A stretch of DNA of 64,000 nucleotides from Macrostomum lignano (GCA_002269645.1 NIVC01003534.1:1-64000); one strand, 5' to 3'; shown: positions 47,997-60,685, numbered from the stretch's first letter. Notes: generated from the sequence alone by a model not told the origin. Numbers and translations are program-made.

Positions 47997-48062
47997 ATGG
48001 ACGATGACGCGCACGGTCTCCGCGTTTTGTGGGATCATTATCTCAAGGCGAGAATGAGCCAG
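47997..48062 (+). CDS. LYST: LYST putative first coding exon (MDDDAHGLRVLWDHYLKARMSQ)
   Basis: ATG 47997; phase-0 donors CAG|GCGAGT (48062) or CCG|GTGACC (48074) fit the phase-0 acceptor at 49164. Confidence 0.5.
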
Positions 48063-48107
48063 GCGAGTGCACCGGTGACCTGATGAGTCTGTGTCTTTTT
48101 ATTAGAT

Positions 48108-48108
48108 T

Positions 48109-48142
<34 letters not shown>

Positions 48143-48143
48143 C

Positions 48144-48177
<34 letters not shown>

Positions 48178-48178
48178 C

Positions 48179-48225
<47 letters not shown>

Positions 48226-48247
48226 ATAGTTAGTTAGTTAGTTAGTC

Positions 48248-48312
<65 letters not shown>

Positions 48313-48347
48313 GTTTGTTTGTTTGTTTGTTTGTTTGTCAGTTAGTA

Positions 48348-48380
<33 letters not shown>

Positions 48381-48407
48381 GTTTGTTTGTTTGTTTGTTT
48401 GTTAGTC

Positions 48408-48446
<39 letters not shown>

Positions 48447-48499
48447 CAGTTAGTTAGTTAGTTAGTTAGTTTGTTTGTTTGTTTGTTTGTTTGTTAGTC

Positions 48500-48530
<31 letters not shown>

Positions 48531-48531
48531 C

Positions 48532-48581
<50 letters not shown>

Positions 48582-48679
48582 CTAGTTAGTTTGTTAGTTA
48601 GTTAGTTTGTTAGTTAGTTAGTTAGTTAGTTAGTCAGTTAGTTAGTTAGTTTGTTTGTTTGTTTGTTTGTTTGTTAGTC

Positions 48680-48710
<31 letters not shown>

Positions 48711-48925
48711 CAGTCAGTTAGTTAGTTAGTTAGTCAGTTAGTTAGTCAGTTAGTTAGTTAGTTAGTTAGTTAATTAGTTAGTTAGTTAGTTAGTTAGTTA
48801 GTAAGTAAGTTAGTTAGTTAGTTAGTTAGTTAGTCAGTTAGTAAGTTAGTTAGTTAGTTAGTTAGTTAGTCAGTTAGTAAGTTAGTTAGTTAGTTGGTTA
48901 GTTAGTTAGTTAGTTAGTTAGTTAA

Positions 48926-48986
<61 letters not shown>

Positions 48987-49077
48987 CAGTTAGTAAGTTA
49001 GTTAGTTAGTTAGTTAGTTAGTTTGTTAGTTAGTTAGTTAGTTAGTTAGTTAGTCAGTTAGTTAGTCAGTCAGTTAA
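48108..49077. repeat. (GTTA)n/(GTTT)n compound microsatellite in LYST intron 1
   Basis: Direct reading. Confidence 0.98.
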
Positions 49078-49163
49078 CTAATATGTTAGTAAAGCGCATG
49101 ACTCTGGTACCTCTCAACCCGGAGTCCAAGCTTTTAATCAGTCATACTGTCCTAAACTTTCAG

Positions 49164-49409
49164 AAGCCCGTCTACCTGAACAAATTTCTTCGCCTATTCT
49201 TCGACCTGAGCTACAGGCGCCAGCAGCCGGTCCTGTCGCTGAAGGACACCCGCAGTAGCGTCGCCCTGCTTATCAGAGAATTCATTGCCGACATCAACGC
49301 CTGCTGCAAGTACGGAAAAGATGATCAGGACATTGAGCCTCTGTGCAGCTACCTGCTTTGCGACAGGGGCTGGCTCATCCTGTACGCCCTCAGCCGGCTT
49401 CAGGTTGCG
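49164..49409 (+). CDS. LYST: LYST exon 2
   Basis: TTTCAG| acceptor, |GTAAGC donor; LIREFIADINACC...LCSYLLCDRGWLILYAL resembles the LYST N-terminus (LAREFLTDVN...LGQYLVHGRGFLLL). Confidence 0.85.
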
Positions 49410-49432
49410 GTAAGCTCTGGGGACCGCAGCCC

Positions 49433-50042
49433 AGTCAGAACTGATTCAGGCCACAGTCAGGACTGGTTCAGGCCACAGTCAGAACTGGTTCAGGCCACAG
49501 TCAGAACTGATTCAGGCCACAGTCAGAACTGATTCAGTCCACAGTCAGAACTGGTTCAGGCCACAGTCAGAACTGATTCAGGCAACAGTCAGAACTGATT
49601 CAGGCCACAGTCAGAACTGATTCAGGCCACAGTCAGAACTGATTCAGTCCACAGTCAGAACTGGTTCAGGCCACAGTCAGAACTGATTCAGGCCACAGTC
49701 AGAACTGGTTCAGGCCACAGTCAGAACTGGTTCAGGCAACAGTCAGAACTGATCAGGCAACAGTCAGAACTGGTTCAGGCAACAGTCAGAACTGATCAGG
49801 CAACAGTCAGAACTGATCAGGCCACAGTCAGAACTGGTTCAGGCCACAGTCAGAACTGATTCAGTCCACAGTCAGAACTGATTCAGGCCACAGTCAGAAC
49901 TGATTCAGGCCACAGTCAGAACTGATTCAGGCCACAGTCAGAACTGATTCAGGCCACAGTCAGTACTGATTCAGTCCACAGTCAGAACTGGTTCAGGCAA
50001 CAGTCAGAACTGATTCAGGCCACAGTCAGAACTGGTTCAGAC
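49433..50042. repeat. 22-bp minisatellite in LYST intron 2
   Basis: CAGGCCACAGTCAGAACTGATT. Confidence 0.95.
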
Positions 50043-50118
50043 CACCAGTCAATCTGAACTATTTTTTCGAGTTATCCTCAATTCTTGTCTGCATCTGATC
50101 AATTTTTTTTCATTTAAG

Positions 50119-50206
50119 GACGCGTCCGATTGCTTTGACTTTGCGAGCATTCTGGTGTCAATCTTCAAGATGATGGGCGATTATAAAGAGACTTTCAAGT
50201 CTAGCG
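50119..50206 (+). CDS. LYST: LYST exon 3
   Basis: CATTTAAG| acceptor phase 0; G|GTGAGT donor phase 1; DASDCFDFASILVSIFKMMGDYKETFKSS. Confidence 0.75.
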
Positions 50207-50329
50207 GTGAGTGAAAAATTTATCGTCTCTGGGTGCTTAAAAATTGTCCCAAAATCGCCCTAGAGAACAGACCAAGCCACTCTGCAGGCAAGCTCTTATC
50301 GCATTTCTAATATGCCACCTTCTTAACAG

Positions 50330-50926
50330 AGGATGTTAGCCTGGCACTGCCCGAGCTCGAATCCTGCTTCGGCAACTCCCGGCCGCCAACCGACCTGGGC
50401 GGTCGCAGCTTTCGCGGCCAGCGCGGCCGGACCAGAAAGTGGCGCTCGGCCAATGCTGCAGCCGCCGCAGCAGCCGCCACCGCCGACTCCGCGGGAGCTG
50501 CAGCAGCAGCGCCGGCCGCCGCAGCCGCCGCCTCGGCGGCGGGATCGGGCGCGTCAGCTGACTCTGGCATCAATCCCCGGCACTCGGCGGGCCTGACAGC
50601 TTCGGCATCGGCTGCGGGCTTGTCGCGACTTCGACGGCCAGCCAGCGCCGCCGCATTGGCGAGTAGCAGCGACTCGGACGCCGGGCCCGACTTGACCTCC
50701 ACTTATCGACAAGCCGCGGGCGCCACCGTCGACTCTGCCGCGGCCGACAATTTTGTTGGCGGAATTCGCGGCTCGAATCGGCGAGGCCTGCTGCAGAACG
50801 AGGCCGTGACCTTCGATATCCGGCTGTCGGATCAGGAGGGCGACGTCGATCTCTCTGGCGACAATTCTGCCGCCGTTGCCGCCGCCGCCGCCGCCGCTGC
50901 AGAGGCTGACGAAGGCGCCTCGAACG
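50330..50926 (+). CDS. LYST: LYST exon 4
   Basis: TTAACAG| phase 1; open frame throughout; G|GTGAGA phase 1. Confidence 0.8.
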
Positions 50927-50937
50927 GTGAGACTGCA

Positions 50938-52645
50938 TGGGGTTAGATTTGGGTGGGTTAGATTGAGATGGGTTAGATTGAGATGGGTTGGATTGGGATG
51001 AGTTAGATTGGGATTTGGTTGGATTGGGAGGGGTTAGATTGGGATGAGTTATATTGGGAGAGGTTAGATTGAGATGGGGTTAGATTGGGATTTGGTTGGA
51101 TTAGGAGGGGTTAGATTGGGATTTGGTTGGATTAGGAGGGGTTAGATTGGGATGGGTTAGATTGGGATGGATTAGATTGAGAGAGGTTAGATTGGGATGA
51201 GTTAGATTTGGATCTGGTTGGATTGGGAGGGGTTAGATTGGGATGGGTTAGATTGGGATGGGTTAGATTGGGATGGGTTAGATTGGGATGGGTTAGATTG
51301 GGATGGGTTAGATTAGGGCGGGTTAGCTTGGGATGGGTAAGATTGGGATTTGGTTGGATTAGGAGGGGTTAGATTGGGAGGGGTTAGATTGGGATGGGTT
51401 AGATTGGGATGGGTTAGATTGGGATGGGTTAGATTGGGATGGGTTAGATTGGGATGGGTTAGATTGGGAGGGGTTAGATTAGGGCGGGTTAGCTTGGGAT
51501 GGGTTAGATTGGGATTTGGTTGGATTAGGAGGGGTTAGATTGGGAGGGGTTAGATTGGGAGGGGTTAGATTGGGATGGGTTAGATTGGGATGGGTTAGAT
51601 TGGGATTTGGTTGGATTGGGATTTGGTTGGATTGGGAGGGGTTAGATTGGGATGAGTTATATTGGGAGAGGTTAGATTGAGATGGGGTTAGATTGGGATT
51701 TGGTTGGATTAGGAGGGGTTAGATTGGGATTTGGTTGGATTAGGAGGGGTTAGATTGGGATGGGTTAGATTGGGATGGATTAGATTGAGAGAGGTTAGAT
51801 TGGGATGAGTTAGATTTGGATCTGGTTGGATTGGGAGGGGTTAGATTGGGATGGGTTAGATTGGGATGGGTTAGATTGGGATGGGTTAGATTGGGATGGG
51901 TTAGATTGGGATGGGTTAGATTAGGGCGGGTTAGCTTGGGATGGGTAAGATTGGGATTTGGTTGGATTAGGAGGGGTTAGATTGGGAGGGGTTAGATTGG
52001 GAGGGGTTAGATTGGGAGGGGTTAGATTGGGATGGGTTAGATTGGGATGGGTTAGATTGGGATGGGTTAGATTGGGATGGGTTAGATTGGGATGGGTTAG
52101 ATTAGGGCGGGTTAGCTTGGGATGGGTTAGATTGGGATGGGTTAGATTGGGATGGGTTAGATTAGGATTTGGTTAGATTGGGATGGGTTTGATTGGGATG
52201 AGTTAGATTGGGATGGGTTAGATTAGGATTTGGTTAGATTGGGAGGGGTTAGATTGGGATGGGTTAGATTGGGATGGGTTAGATTGGGATGGGTTAGATT
52301 GGGATGGGTTAGATTGGGATGGGTTAGATTAGGGCGGGTTAGCTTGGGATGGGTTAGATTGGGATGGGTTAGATTGGGATGGGTTAGATTAGGATTTGGT
52401 TTGATTGGGATGGGTTAGATTGGGATGGGTTAGATTGGGATGGGTTAGATTGGGAGGGGTTAGATTGGGAGGGGTTAGATTGGGAGGGGTTAGATTGGGA
52501 GGGGTTAGATTGGGAGGGGTTAGATTGGGAGGGGTTAGATTGGGAGGGGTTAGATTGGGAGGGGTTAGATTGGGAGGGGTTAGATTGGGAGGGGTTAGAT
52601 TGGGAGGGGTTAGATTGGGAGGGGTTAGATTGGGAGGGGTTAGAT
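50938..52645. repeat. 15-bp G-rich minisatellite filling LYST intron 4
   Basis: GGGTTAGATTGGGAT / GGGTTAGATTGGGAG. Confidence 0.97.
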
Positions 52646-52700
52646 ACTGGAATTGAAGACTGTGTGAGCAGTGCAAAAGCAATCCCACGCCACACCACAG

Positions 52701-53245
52701 GCGCAGAAGCGGCACGGGCATCTCCGAGCCAGCAGCAGCAGCAGCGGCAGTCGCCGAATTCATCGGCATCCCAGCGGCATTCAACAGTGGAGGCAGACGA
52801 TGTCCGCATCCTGTTGATAACGCTGCTGTGCCAGCTCTGCCGCACGGACGCGCCGAGCACCGCCGCAGTCGCCGGTCATTCGGCCGCGTCAGCTGCGGCT
52901 TCTTCGTCTGGCGGCGGCGGGCGTAGCGTCGCCACCGCTGCCGCCTTCGCCGCAGACTGGCGCGCCGGGGAGGCCTGGCGCTCCAAGCAGGCGCTGTGCC
53001 CGGAGCTCCTGCCCTGCATGCTGGCCGACGTGTTGAGCCGCGTCGACGTTGTCGATCTCTGGCTGAAGCCGAAGCGGCTGGCACTGTGCCAGCACATCCT
53101 GCGCACTGTTCTGTCGGGCGCTTACTCGCTGCTGCTCGGCGGTGCCGCCGGAGTCAACGTGTTGCTAGGCAACAAACTGTTTGACAGCCTGTTCCAGCTG
53201 GGCGATGCCTGCTTGAATTGCATGACCGCCGAGAATGCGGCGCTG
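52701..53245 (+). CDS. LYST: LYST exon 5
   Basis: ACCACAG| phase 1; CTG|GTGAGT phase 0; VRILLITLLCQLC...ELLPCMLADVL. Confidence 0.8.
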
Positions 53246-53379
53246 GTGAGTTAATGGCGACCGGTGCCTGCATCCAGCCCTGACGCCAATCCTGCCCATT
53301 CCGCTGTACTCCTGAGCACTCTGTACATGTACACTCTGTGCTTTGGGCGTTGGCCCTTATGGGGGTGAATTGCACGACA

Positions 53380-54195
53380 ACCCCCCCCCTCCCTGCTACT
53401 CAGAGCTCACCCCCCCCCCACTCAGAGCTCACCCCCCTCCCTGCCACTCAGAGCTCACCCCCTCCCTGCCACTCAGAGCTCACCCACCCTCCCTGCCACT
53501 CAGAGCTCACCCCCCTCCCTGCCACTCAGAGCTCACCCCCCTCCCTGCCACTCAGAGCTCACCCCCCTCCCTGCCACTCAGAGCTCACCCCCCTCCCTGC
53601 CACTCAGAGCTCACCCCCCTCCCTGCCACTCAGAGCTCACCCCCTCCCTGCCACTCAGAGCTCACCCCCCTCCCTGCCACTCAGAGCTCACCCCCTCCCT
53701 GCCACCCAGAGCTCACCCCCTCCCTGCCACTCAGAGCTCACCCCCCTCCCTGCCACTCAGAGCTCACCCCCCTCCCTGCCACTCAGAGCTCACCCCCCTC
53801 CCTGCCACTCAGAGCTCACCCCCCTCCCTGCCACCCAGAGCTCACCCCCCTCCCTGCCACTCAGAGCTCACCCCCCTCCCTGCCACTCAGAGCTCACCCC
53901 CCCTCCCTGCCACTCAGAGCTCACCCCCCCTCCCTGCCACCCAGAGCTCACCCCCCTCCCTGCCACTCAGAGCTCACCCCCCTCCCTGCCACTCAGAGCT
54001 CACCCCCCCTCCCTGCCACTCAGAGCTCACCCCCCTCCCTGCCACTCAGAGCTCACCCCCCTCCCTGCCACTCAGAGCTCACCCCCCTCCCTGCCACCCA
54101 GAGCTCACCCCCCTCCCTGCCACTCAGAGCTCACCCCCCTCCCTGCCACTCAGAGCTCACCCCCCTCCCTGCCACTCAGAGCTCACCCCCCTCCT
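53380..54195. repeat. ~26-bp C-rich minisatellite in LYST intron 5
   Basis: CCCCTCCCTGCCACTCAGAGCTCACC with variable C run. Confidence 0.95.
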
Positions 54196-54204
54196 CCCGA
54201 GCAG

Positions 54205-54645
54205 GTGGCGGACACGGTGGGCCAGACCATATCCGGCACTCTGCACCTGCTGATCGCGCACGCTTCCCGCCTGGAGCGAGCCAGCTCCGGCCTTGAGCAG
54301 GCCGACCTTCGCCTCCCAGTCGCCTGGCTCGAAGCTGACGGTCCCGCCGCTATTCGCCGACTGGCCGGCCAGCCGTTTCCTGAGGCCGCCGCCAGCGCCG
54401 CCGCCTGCGTGTCGCTGCTCGGCTCCCTGCTGCTCGGCCTGAAACGCTGCCGGGTGCAGCTCGCCCACCTCAGCCGCTGCCGGCGCCGCGGCCACCGCCT
54501 GTGCAACTACGGCTTCTACGCGCATCACCACTGCGACGCTTTCGTTGCGGCCAGGATCGGCCAGAGGGAGCGGGTCTGCCTGGCTGCCGAGCTCGCCAGC
54601 CTGCTGCTGGGCCTGGCGGACGCGCCCGCTTCCTCTCAGCTGCCG
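54205..54645 (+). CDS. LYST: LYST exon 6
   Basis: GAGCAG| phase 0; CCG|GTAAGT phase 0; contains CNYGFYAHHHC. Confidence 0.8.
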
Positions 54646-54784
54646 GTAAGTGTGACTTTGCTTCATCTGTGGAATCTGTAGCTTAATCCTATATACTGAA
54701 AATGGTCTGTCGGTAGGTAGGTTATCTATCTATCTAGGTAGGTAGGTATGTGATTGATTAGTTTGCCTCTCATTCTCACTTGCC

Positions 54785-55145
54785 TTTGGCTTCCTTTTCT
54801 CTCTCCCTCTCTCCCTCTCTGCCTCCCTCCCTCTCTCCCTCCCTCTCTCCCTATGCCTCTCTCCCTCTCTCCCTCTCCCTCTCTCTCCCTCACCCTCGAT
54901 CCCTCTCTCCCTCTCCCTCTCCCTCTCTCCCTGTGCCTCTCTCCCTCTCTCCCTCTCCCTCCCTCCCTCTCCCTCTCTCCCTCTCCCTCTCCCTCTCTCC
55001 CTCTCTTGCTCTCTCCTCCTCCCTCTCTCCTTCTCCCTCTCTCCCTCTCCCTCTCCCTCTCACCCTCTTCCTCTCCCTCTCTCCCTCTCTCTCTCTCCCT
55101 CTCTCCCTCTCTCCCTCACTCCCTCCCTTTCTCTCGCCTTCTCTC
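54785..55145. repeat. CT-rich low-complexity tract in LYST intron 6
   Basis: Near-pure C/T run. Confidence 0.9.
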
Positions 55146-55241
55146 TAAAAAGCTGCACTTCAAGTCTCCTAAACTTTATTTATCGCCTACTGCTAATTCT
55201 CTAGTAGCATATTAAACCTGTCCAATCCGCTGCCACTGCAG

Positions 55242-55754
55242 CCAAGCGACTCGCAGCTCCGGCCAGCCGTCTCGGTTGCCTCGGCCGCCCTGGTCACTCT
55301 GGACAGAGTTGGTGCCTGCTGCTGCATGCCCCTGGCCGACTCGGCCGCCCGGCTGCTCAGGCTGGCTTCAGAGGCGCCCGCCGCCATCGGTCGAGCTGGT
55401 GTAGCCGCTGCGCTTCGTCAGGCCACCGGCAGCGTCCTGCTGGAATGCCCGAATCTGCCGCCGCCGCCGGCAGCTCAGCGAGCCGAGACTGAGCCGCCGT
55501 TCTCTTGCGCCACCTGCCGCGTCGGCGCGTCAACGCCGACGATGAGTTTCGACGTCCTTGCCGGAGCTTCTCAGACTGTCTTGCCAAGCCGATGGAGCTT
55601 CTTGTCTCTCTACACTGGGCTGGTTTTGAACTCGGATGCGGCCACCGCTTGTCTGACGCTGCGGCAGTTTTTGCGCCTCATCAAACTGGCTGGGCGCGAG
55701 TGCAAAGCCGAGTTTCTTCGACTGGCGCTGCTGCCGCTGCTGCTGGAGCTGAGG
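55242..55754 (+). CDS. LYST: LYST exon 7
   Basis: CACTGCAG| phase 0; AGG|GTAAGG phase 0; LDRVGACCCMP. Confidence 0.82.
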
Positions 55755-55755
55755 G

Positions 55756-56155
55756 TAAGGAGTGGTGGGGTGGCTGCCGAGGAGTGGGTGTGTGCCGAGG
55801 AGGGGGGTGGCTGCCGAGGAGGGGGGTGGCGGTCGAGGAGTGGGGTGGGTGTCGAGGAATGGGTGGGTGCCGAGGAGTGGGGTGGGTGTCAATGAGTGAA
55901 GTGCTGTTGAGGAGTGATGTGGATGTTGGGGAGTGGGGTGGCTGCGCAGGAGTGGGGTGGCTGCGCAGGAGTGAGGTGGCTGCGCAGGAGTGGGGTGGGT
56001 GTCGAGGAGTGGGGTGGCTGCGTAGGAGCGGGGTGTGCGCCTAGAAGTGGGGTGGGTACCGAGGAATGTGGTGGGTGCCGAGGAGTGTGGTGGGTGCCGA
56101 GGAATGGGGTGGGTGCCGAGGAGTGTGGTGGGTGCCGAGGAGTGGGGTTGGTGCT
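55756..56155. repeat. Degenerate G-rich ~20-23-bp repeat in LYST intron 7
   Basis: GAGGAGTGGGGTGG(G/C)TGCC-type units. Confidence 0.85.
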
Positions 56156-56211
56156 ATGGAATGGTGACCCATAAATTTCAAGCATAGCAAAATATTTCTC
56201 TCTGAATTCAG

Positions 56212-56779
56212 AGCCGACTCAGCGGCGACACCGGGATCAACGCCGACTGTGAGGACGATAACGGACAGCCGGGCAGCTGTTCCACGGCAGCTGGCGGTGG
56301 CAACGGTGGATGCCGCCAGCGCTACTTGAACACGGCCAAGTACTGCCTGTGCCTGCTGCCGTACGCCCTGTCAGCCACTTCGGTTACTGAATCCGACTCC
56401 GCCGTGCTGCGCGAGCTCCTTGACCTGTCCTCGCTGCCCTCGCTGCGCCGGCACGTCTACCGTCTAGTTGAGAGCCTGATTGTGTCCAGCGAGCTGGCCC
56501 AGCTGCGCAGGCGAGCTCGCGAGGACGCCACTGCGGCTGCCGCGGCCGCTGCCGCCGTGTCGGGCAGTCGGTGGGACGCCGACGACGGCGGCTTTCTTGA
56601 CGATCGAGTCGGCGGCTTTGGCAGCTTGGATCAGCGCGACAAGCAGCTCCTGCTGACTATCGGAGTTGGTGGCGGCGGCAAGTCGGGCGGCTCTAAATCG
56701 CTGCTGGTCATCTTCATCAACTTTTTAATTAGCGTATTCGACTTCAATACCACCGTGATGGTGCCGATCCCGACTGATG
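56212..56779 (+). CDS. LYST: LYST exon 8
   Basis: GAATTCAG| phase 0; G|GTGAGT phase 1. Confidence 0.8.
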
Positions 56780-56968
56780 GTGAGTTCTGATGGCTCCAGG
56801 CCTCCCTTTGCTTTGCTTTTTGTATGTTTTAATCAAAGCGCTTCGTCAACCTGTCACTCTGTCAACCTGTCACTCTGTCAACCTGTCACTCTGTCAATCT
56901 GTCACTCTCAATCTCACTCCGTCAACACGCTAACCAAGCATTCCCCTTGTCGCCTGCTTCCGCCGCAG

Positions 56969-57246
56969 ACGATGCCAGCAATGGGCCGCATGCCGCGGAG
57001 CTCCTCTCTCGGCTGCAGCGCGACGCCGACATTTGGGCCAGCTACGAGCGGCTGTTCCTGCAGTCACCCAGCTTCCGACGCCGCTTCATCGATGTCAACG
57101 GGTTTAGCGGCGCCTATCGACTGCTCAAAGATCTCATAGTCGCATTCGGCCAGGTCGAGTCGCTTTCCTCGGATCAGTTGGCTCTGTTCCAGTCGCTGCT
57201 GACGCTCAGTGTGCACTGCTGCGACTATCAGAACTCAGAGTTCCGG
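56969..57246 (+). CDS. LYST: LYST exon 9
   Basis: CCGCAG| phase 1; CGG|GTGCGT phase 0; IWASYERLFLQSPSFRRRFIDVNGFSGAYRLL resembles the LYST FQKQF..LGGF region. Confidence 0.82.
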
Positions 57247-57299
57247 GTGCGTCATCCTTGCTTTCCTCAACTGCTTTTCCTCCCCGCCACACACTTACC

Positions 57300-57600
57300 C
57301 TCTGAGCTAACCTCCCCGCTAACCTCCCTGCTACCCTCCCTGCTACCCTCTCTGCTACCCTGCCTGCTACCCTGCCTGCTACCCTGCCTGCTACCCTGCC
57401 TGCTACCCTGCCTGCTACCCTCCCTGCTAACCTCCCTGCTACCCTCTCTGCTACCCTGCCTGCTAACCTCCCTGCTACCCTCTCTGCTACCCTGCCTGAT
57501 ACCCTTCGCTACTCTCCCTGCTACCCTCCCTGATACCCTTCGCTACTCTCCCTGCTAGCCTCCCTGCTAGCCTCCGTGCTATCCTCAGCTGCTACCCTCC
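57300..57600. repeat. 12-bp C-rich minisatellite in LYST intron 9
   Basis: CTACCCTGCCTG / CTACCCTCTCTG. Confidence 0.9.
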
Positions 57601-57640
57601 ATTAACTTCCTAATCGCAAACTCCATCACCAAAATTGCAG

Positions 57641-57820
57641 GACTTCTCATCCCAAGTGGTTCTGGATTCTATCCTGATGCTGCTGTTAAAGTGCATGTCG
57701 GAAAACGAGGCCCGAGCGCACAGCATATTTGACTGCGTGCTGAACGCTTGCACTAGCAATGCCTACCTGCTGGCCCAGGGCCGCAACTACAGCTGCATGC
57801 CCGAAACTGTGGAGAAAATG
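57641..57820 (+). CDS. LYST: LYST exon 10
   Basis: ATTGCAG| phase 0; ATG|GTGAGC phase 0. Confidence 0.78.
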
Positions 57821-58143
57821 GTGAGCGCCTGCGCTATCGATTTATTTCGACAGGAACAAATGTTCTTTTCTACTTATCATCCAGTAGTCTAATTAGCGTA
57901 TGTGTTTTATCTTCAATAGCAGAATGATCGCTGAGTATAATGATATCAAAGGTCGGGAGCAAAATCTCTAATTGAGCTTAGCTTGGAGGGTTGCTGTCCT
58001 CTTTTCAAGTTTGCTACTTTTTGCTTCTAAAAGAATGTAGTAAATTCTGCTCAGAGCAACGTCACTGTAATTTTCAAGTGTCGATCTTGTCCTCTAATGA
58101 TTCCAAATTTTCGAATCTAGCTGGGCTTGAAGTGCTTGACCTT

Positions 58144-58414
58144 AATAATAATAATTGATTACACCTGCCCTAATAGGCAGATGTGCAACCGACAGCATAG
58201 CCGCAGCTATTGCATCTGAAGGCATCTGAAGGCTGCGTACGGCTGTTCAGTCCAGGGGGGTCGCCACACACAATTACCCCAGCTAATGCTGGCACCCATT
58301 TTACAACTGGTACCCGTCTTGCTCAAGGACACAAATTGTTCTGAGAGGGTCGCGAATCGAACCCCCGACCTTTAAGTCGCGAGTCCGACGCTCTGACCAC
58401 TAGGCTGCAATCCC
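58144..58414 (-). mobile_element. tRNA-derived SINE in LYST intron 10 (antisense)
   Basis: A-box-like GCCTAGTGGTCAGAG, B-box GGTTCGATTC, central GTGTCCTTGAGCAAGAC and AAATGGGTGCCAGC (V/Meta-SINE-like), (ATT)n tail. Confidence 0.85.
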
Positions 58415-59049
58415 TGCATAATACAAGTACAGTACGCAATATGCAAAAGAACTGGCCAGGGGTGTTGACATGCGATGATGTCATGTCATGTCATGTCATG
58501 TCATGTCACCCATGAGGGCCAACTCCAAGGCACAGTCTCAGCTCTCCTTCAAGTATTATTAATATTTTAATTAAGTATTGCGTCCTTGGTTACTTGAGAA
58601 TACTAATGTGGATTAAGTATTGCTTGCACTTTGGTAACATACCCACCCGGATGGGAAAATTATCCCATATCATCTACTTAGTTCTTGGCTGTTTCCTGTC
58701 ACTCACTGCTTCCTTATCACTATCTTGATTTTCTTTTCCCAATGCTCTCCAATATTCTTATCGTATCCTCTCTAGTCAGCCCGCAACAACTCTTAATATG
58801 GCAATGCGTAATTGCCCTTCAGAAGTCCCAATCTGTTAGTCTGATGCTTCTGTTTGAATAATCTTCGAGTCCTTGTCTGCGTGTGCATCCATCAGAGTTG
58901 TCCTATTACTTCCTGCATCATCATCTTTGAGTACCTTCTATCTTTGTTGCTGAGTAGGACTCAGTTTGAGCCTACATCTCGACTCGACCTGCGGCTCCAT
59001 CTCTGTTCCAGCAAATTATCCTCGAATTTTTCAACCGATTAGTTTTACC

Positions 59050-59725
59050 TATCACAACTCCAGACCTCCGCAACCCTTAAACTCCACAACATTAAACTCC
59101 ACAACTCCAAGCTCCACAACCCACAAACTCCACAGCCCCAAGCTCCACAACCCACAAACTCCACAACCCCAAGCTCCACAACCCACAAACTCCACAGCCC
59201 CAAGCTCCACAACCCACAAACTCCACAGCTCCAAGCTCCACAACCCCAAAACTCCACAACCCACAAACTCCACAACCTCCAGACTCCACAACCCACAAAA
59301 TCCACAACTCCCAGATTCCACAACCCACAAAATCCACAACCCCCAGCCTCCACAACCCACAAACTCCACAACCCACAAACTCTACAGCCCACGAACTCCA
59401 CAACCCACAAACTCCACAGCCCACAAACTCCACAACCCACGAACTCCACAACCCACAAACTCCACAGCCCACAAACTCCACAGCCCACAAACTCCACAGC
59501 CCACAAACTCCACAACCCACAAACTCCACAACCCACAAACTCCACAGCCCACCAACTCCACAACCCACAAACTCCACAGCCCACAAACTCCACAGCCCAC
59601 AAACTCCACAACCCACAAACTCCACAGCCCACCAACTCCACAACCCACAAACTCCACAACCCACAAACTCCACAGCACACAAACTCCACAACCCACAAAC
59701 TCCACAGCCCACAAACTTCGCAACC
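59050..59725. repeat. 16-bp C/A-rich minisatellite in LYST intron 10
   Basis: CACAAACTCCACAACC. Confidence 0.95.
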
Positions 59726-59739
59726 CAAAATTTTCTCAG

Positions 59740-60192
59740 CTGTACTTCTTGTACTCGGAAGTCGCCTGCGGCGCCGAAAGCTCCGATGCCAGAATCGCGG
59801 CGCCGCACGACGCCATCGCCGGCGTGAGGAACAGCCTGTCGGAAAGCGGCGAAGCTGATGATGAAGAATATCTGGCCGATCGCGACAGCAGCACCAGCAG
59901 CGAAGGCAGCAGAGGCGGCCGCGGCGGCTTTGGCGACGAGTTCAATGGAGTCGACGGTGGCGGCGAATGCGTCGACTCCGGCGGAGAGTTCGGCGGCAGC
60001 GGCAACGGCTGGCGGCCGAGGCGCGGTCGTGACGGCGGTGATACGACGGTCAGTCCGGCTGTGGTGCGCCTGGCCATCCGGTTGTTGTTTGGCCTGGGGC
60101 CGGAGCGCGTAGCCCTGCAAGAGGCGGCCGCCTGCGGCCTCCTGCAGATGCTCAAATTGTCGCCAGCTAGTGCTGCTCGATTGGCTGCTGAG
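59740..60192 (+). CDS. LYST: LYST exon 11
   Basis: TTTTCTCAG| phase 0; GAG|GTCTGT phase 0; EADDEEYLAD acidic stretch. Confidence 0.78.
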
Positions 60193-60198
60193 GTCTGT

Positions 60199-60685
60199 TG
60201 AGTAGGAAGGGTAGTTGCTGAGTAGAATGAATAGTTACTGAGTAGGATGAGTAGTTGCTGAGTAGGATGAGTAGTTGCTGAGTAGGATGAGTAGTCGCTG
60301 AGTAGGATAAGTAGTTACTAAGTAGGATGAGTAGTTGCTGAGTAGGATGAATAGTTGCTGAGTAGGATGAGTAGTTACTAAGTAGGATGAGTAGTTGCTG
60401 AGTAGGATGAATAGTTGCTGAGTGTGATGAGTAGTTGCTGAGTAGGAAGAGTAGTTGCTGAGTGTGATGAGTAGTTGCTGAGTAGGAAGGGTAGTTGCTG
60501 AGTGTGATGAGTAGTTGCTGAGTAGGAAGAGTAGTTGCTGAGTGTGATGAGTAGTTGCTGAGTAGAAAGGGTAGTTGCTGAGTAGGATGAATAGTTGCTG
60601 AGTGCGATGAGTAGTTGCTGAGTAGGATGAGTAGTTGCTGAGTGTGATTAGTAGTTTCTAAATGGGATAAGTAGTTGCTGAGTGG
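60199..60685. repeat. 20-bp minisatellite in LYST intron 11
   Basis: GAGTAGTTGCTGAGTAGGAT. Confidence 0.95.

Noticed and set aside
53338-54204. Pro-rich in-frame extension of LYST exon 6
   Set aside because: Repeat unit cannot form a stop codon; a good acceptor and phase match exist at 54204/54205
58966-59739. Mucin-like PT-rich in-frame extension of LYST exon 11
   Set aside because: 16-bp unit contains no possible stop; a canonical acceptor at 59739 fits phase 0
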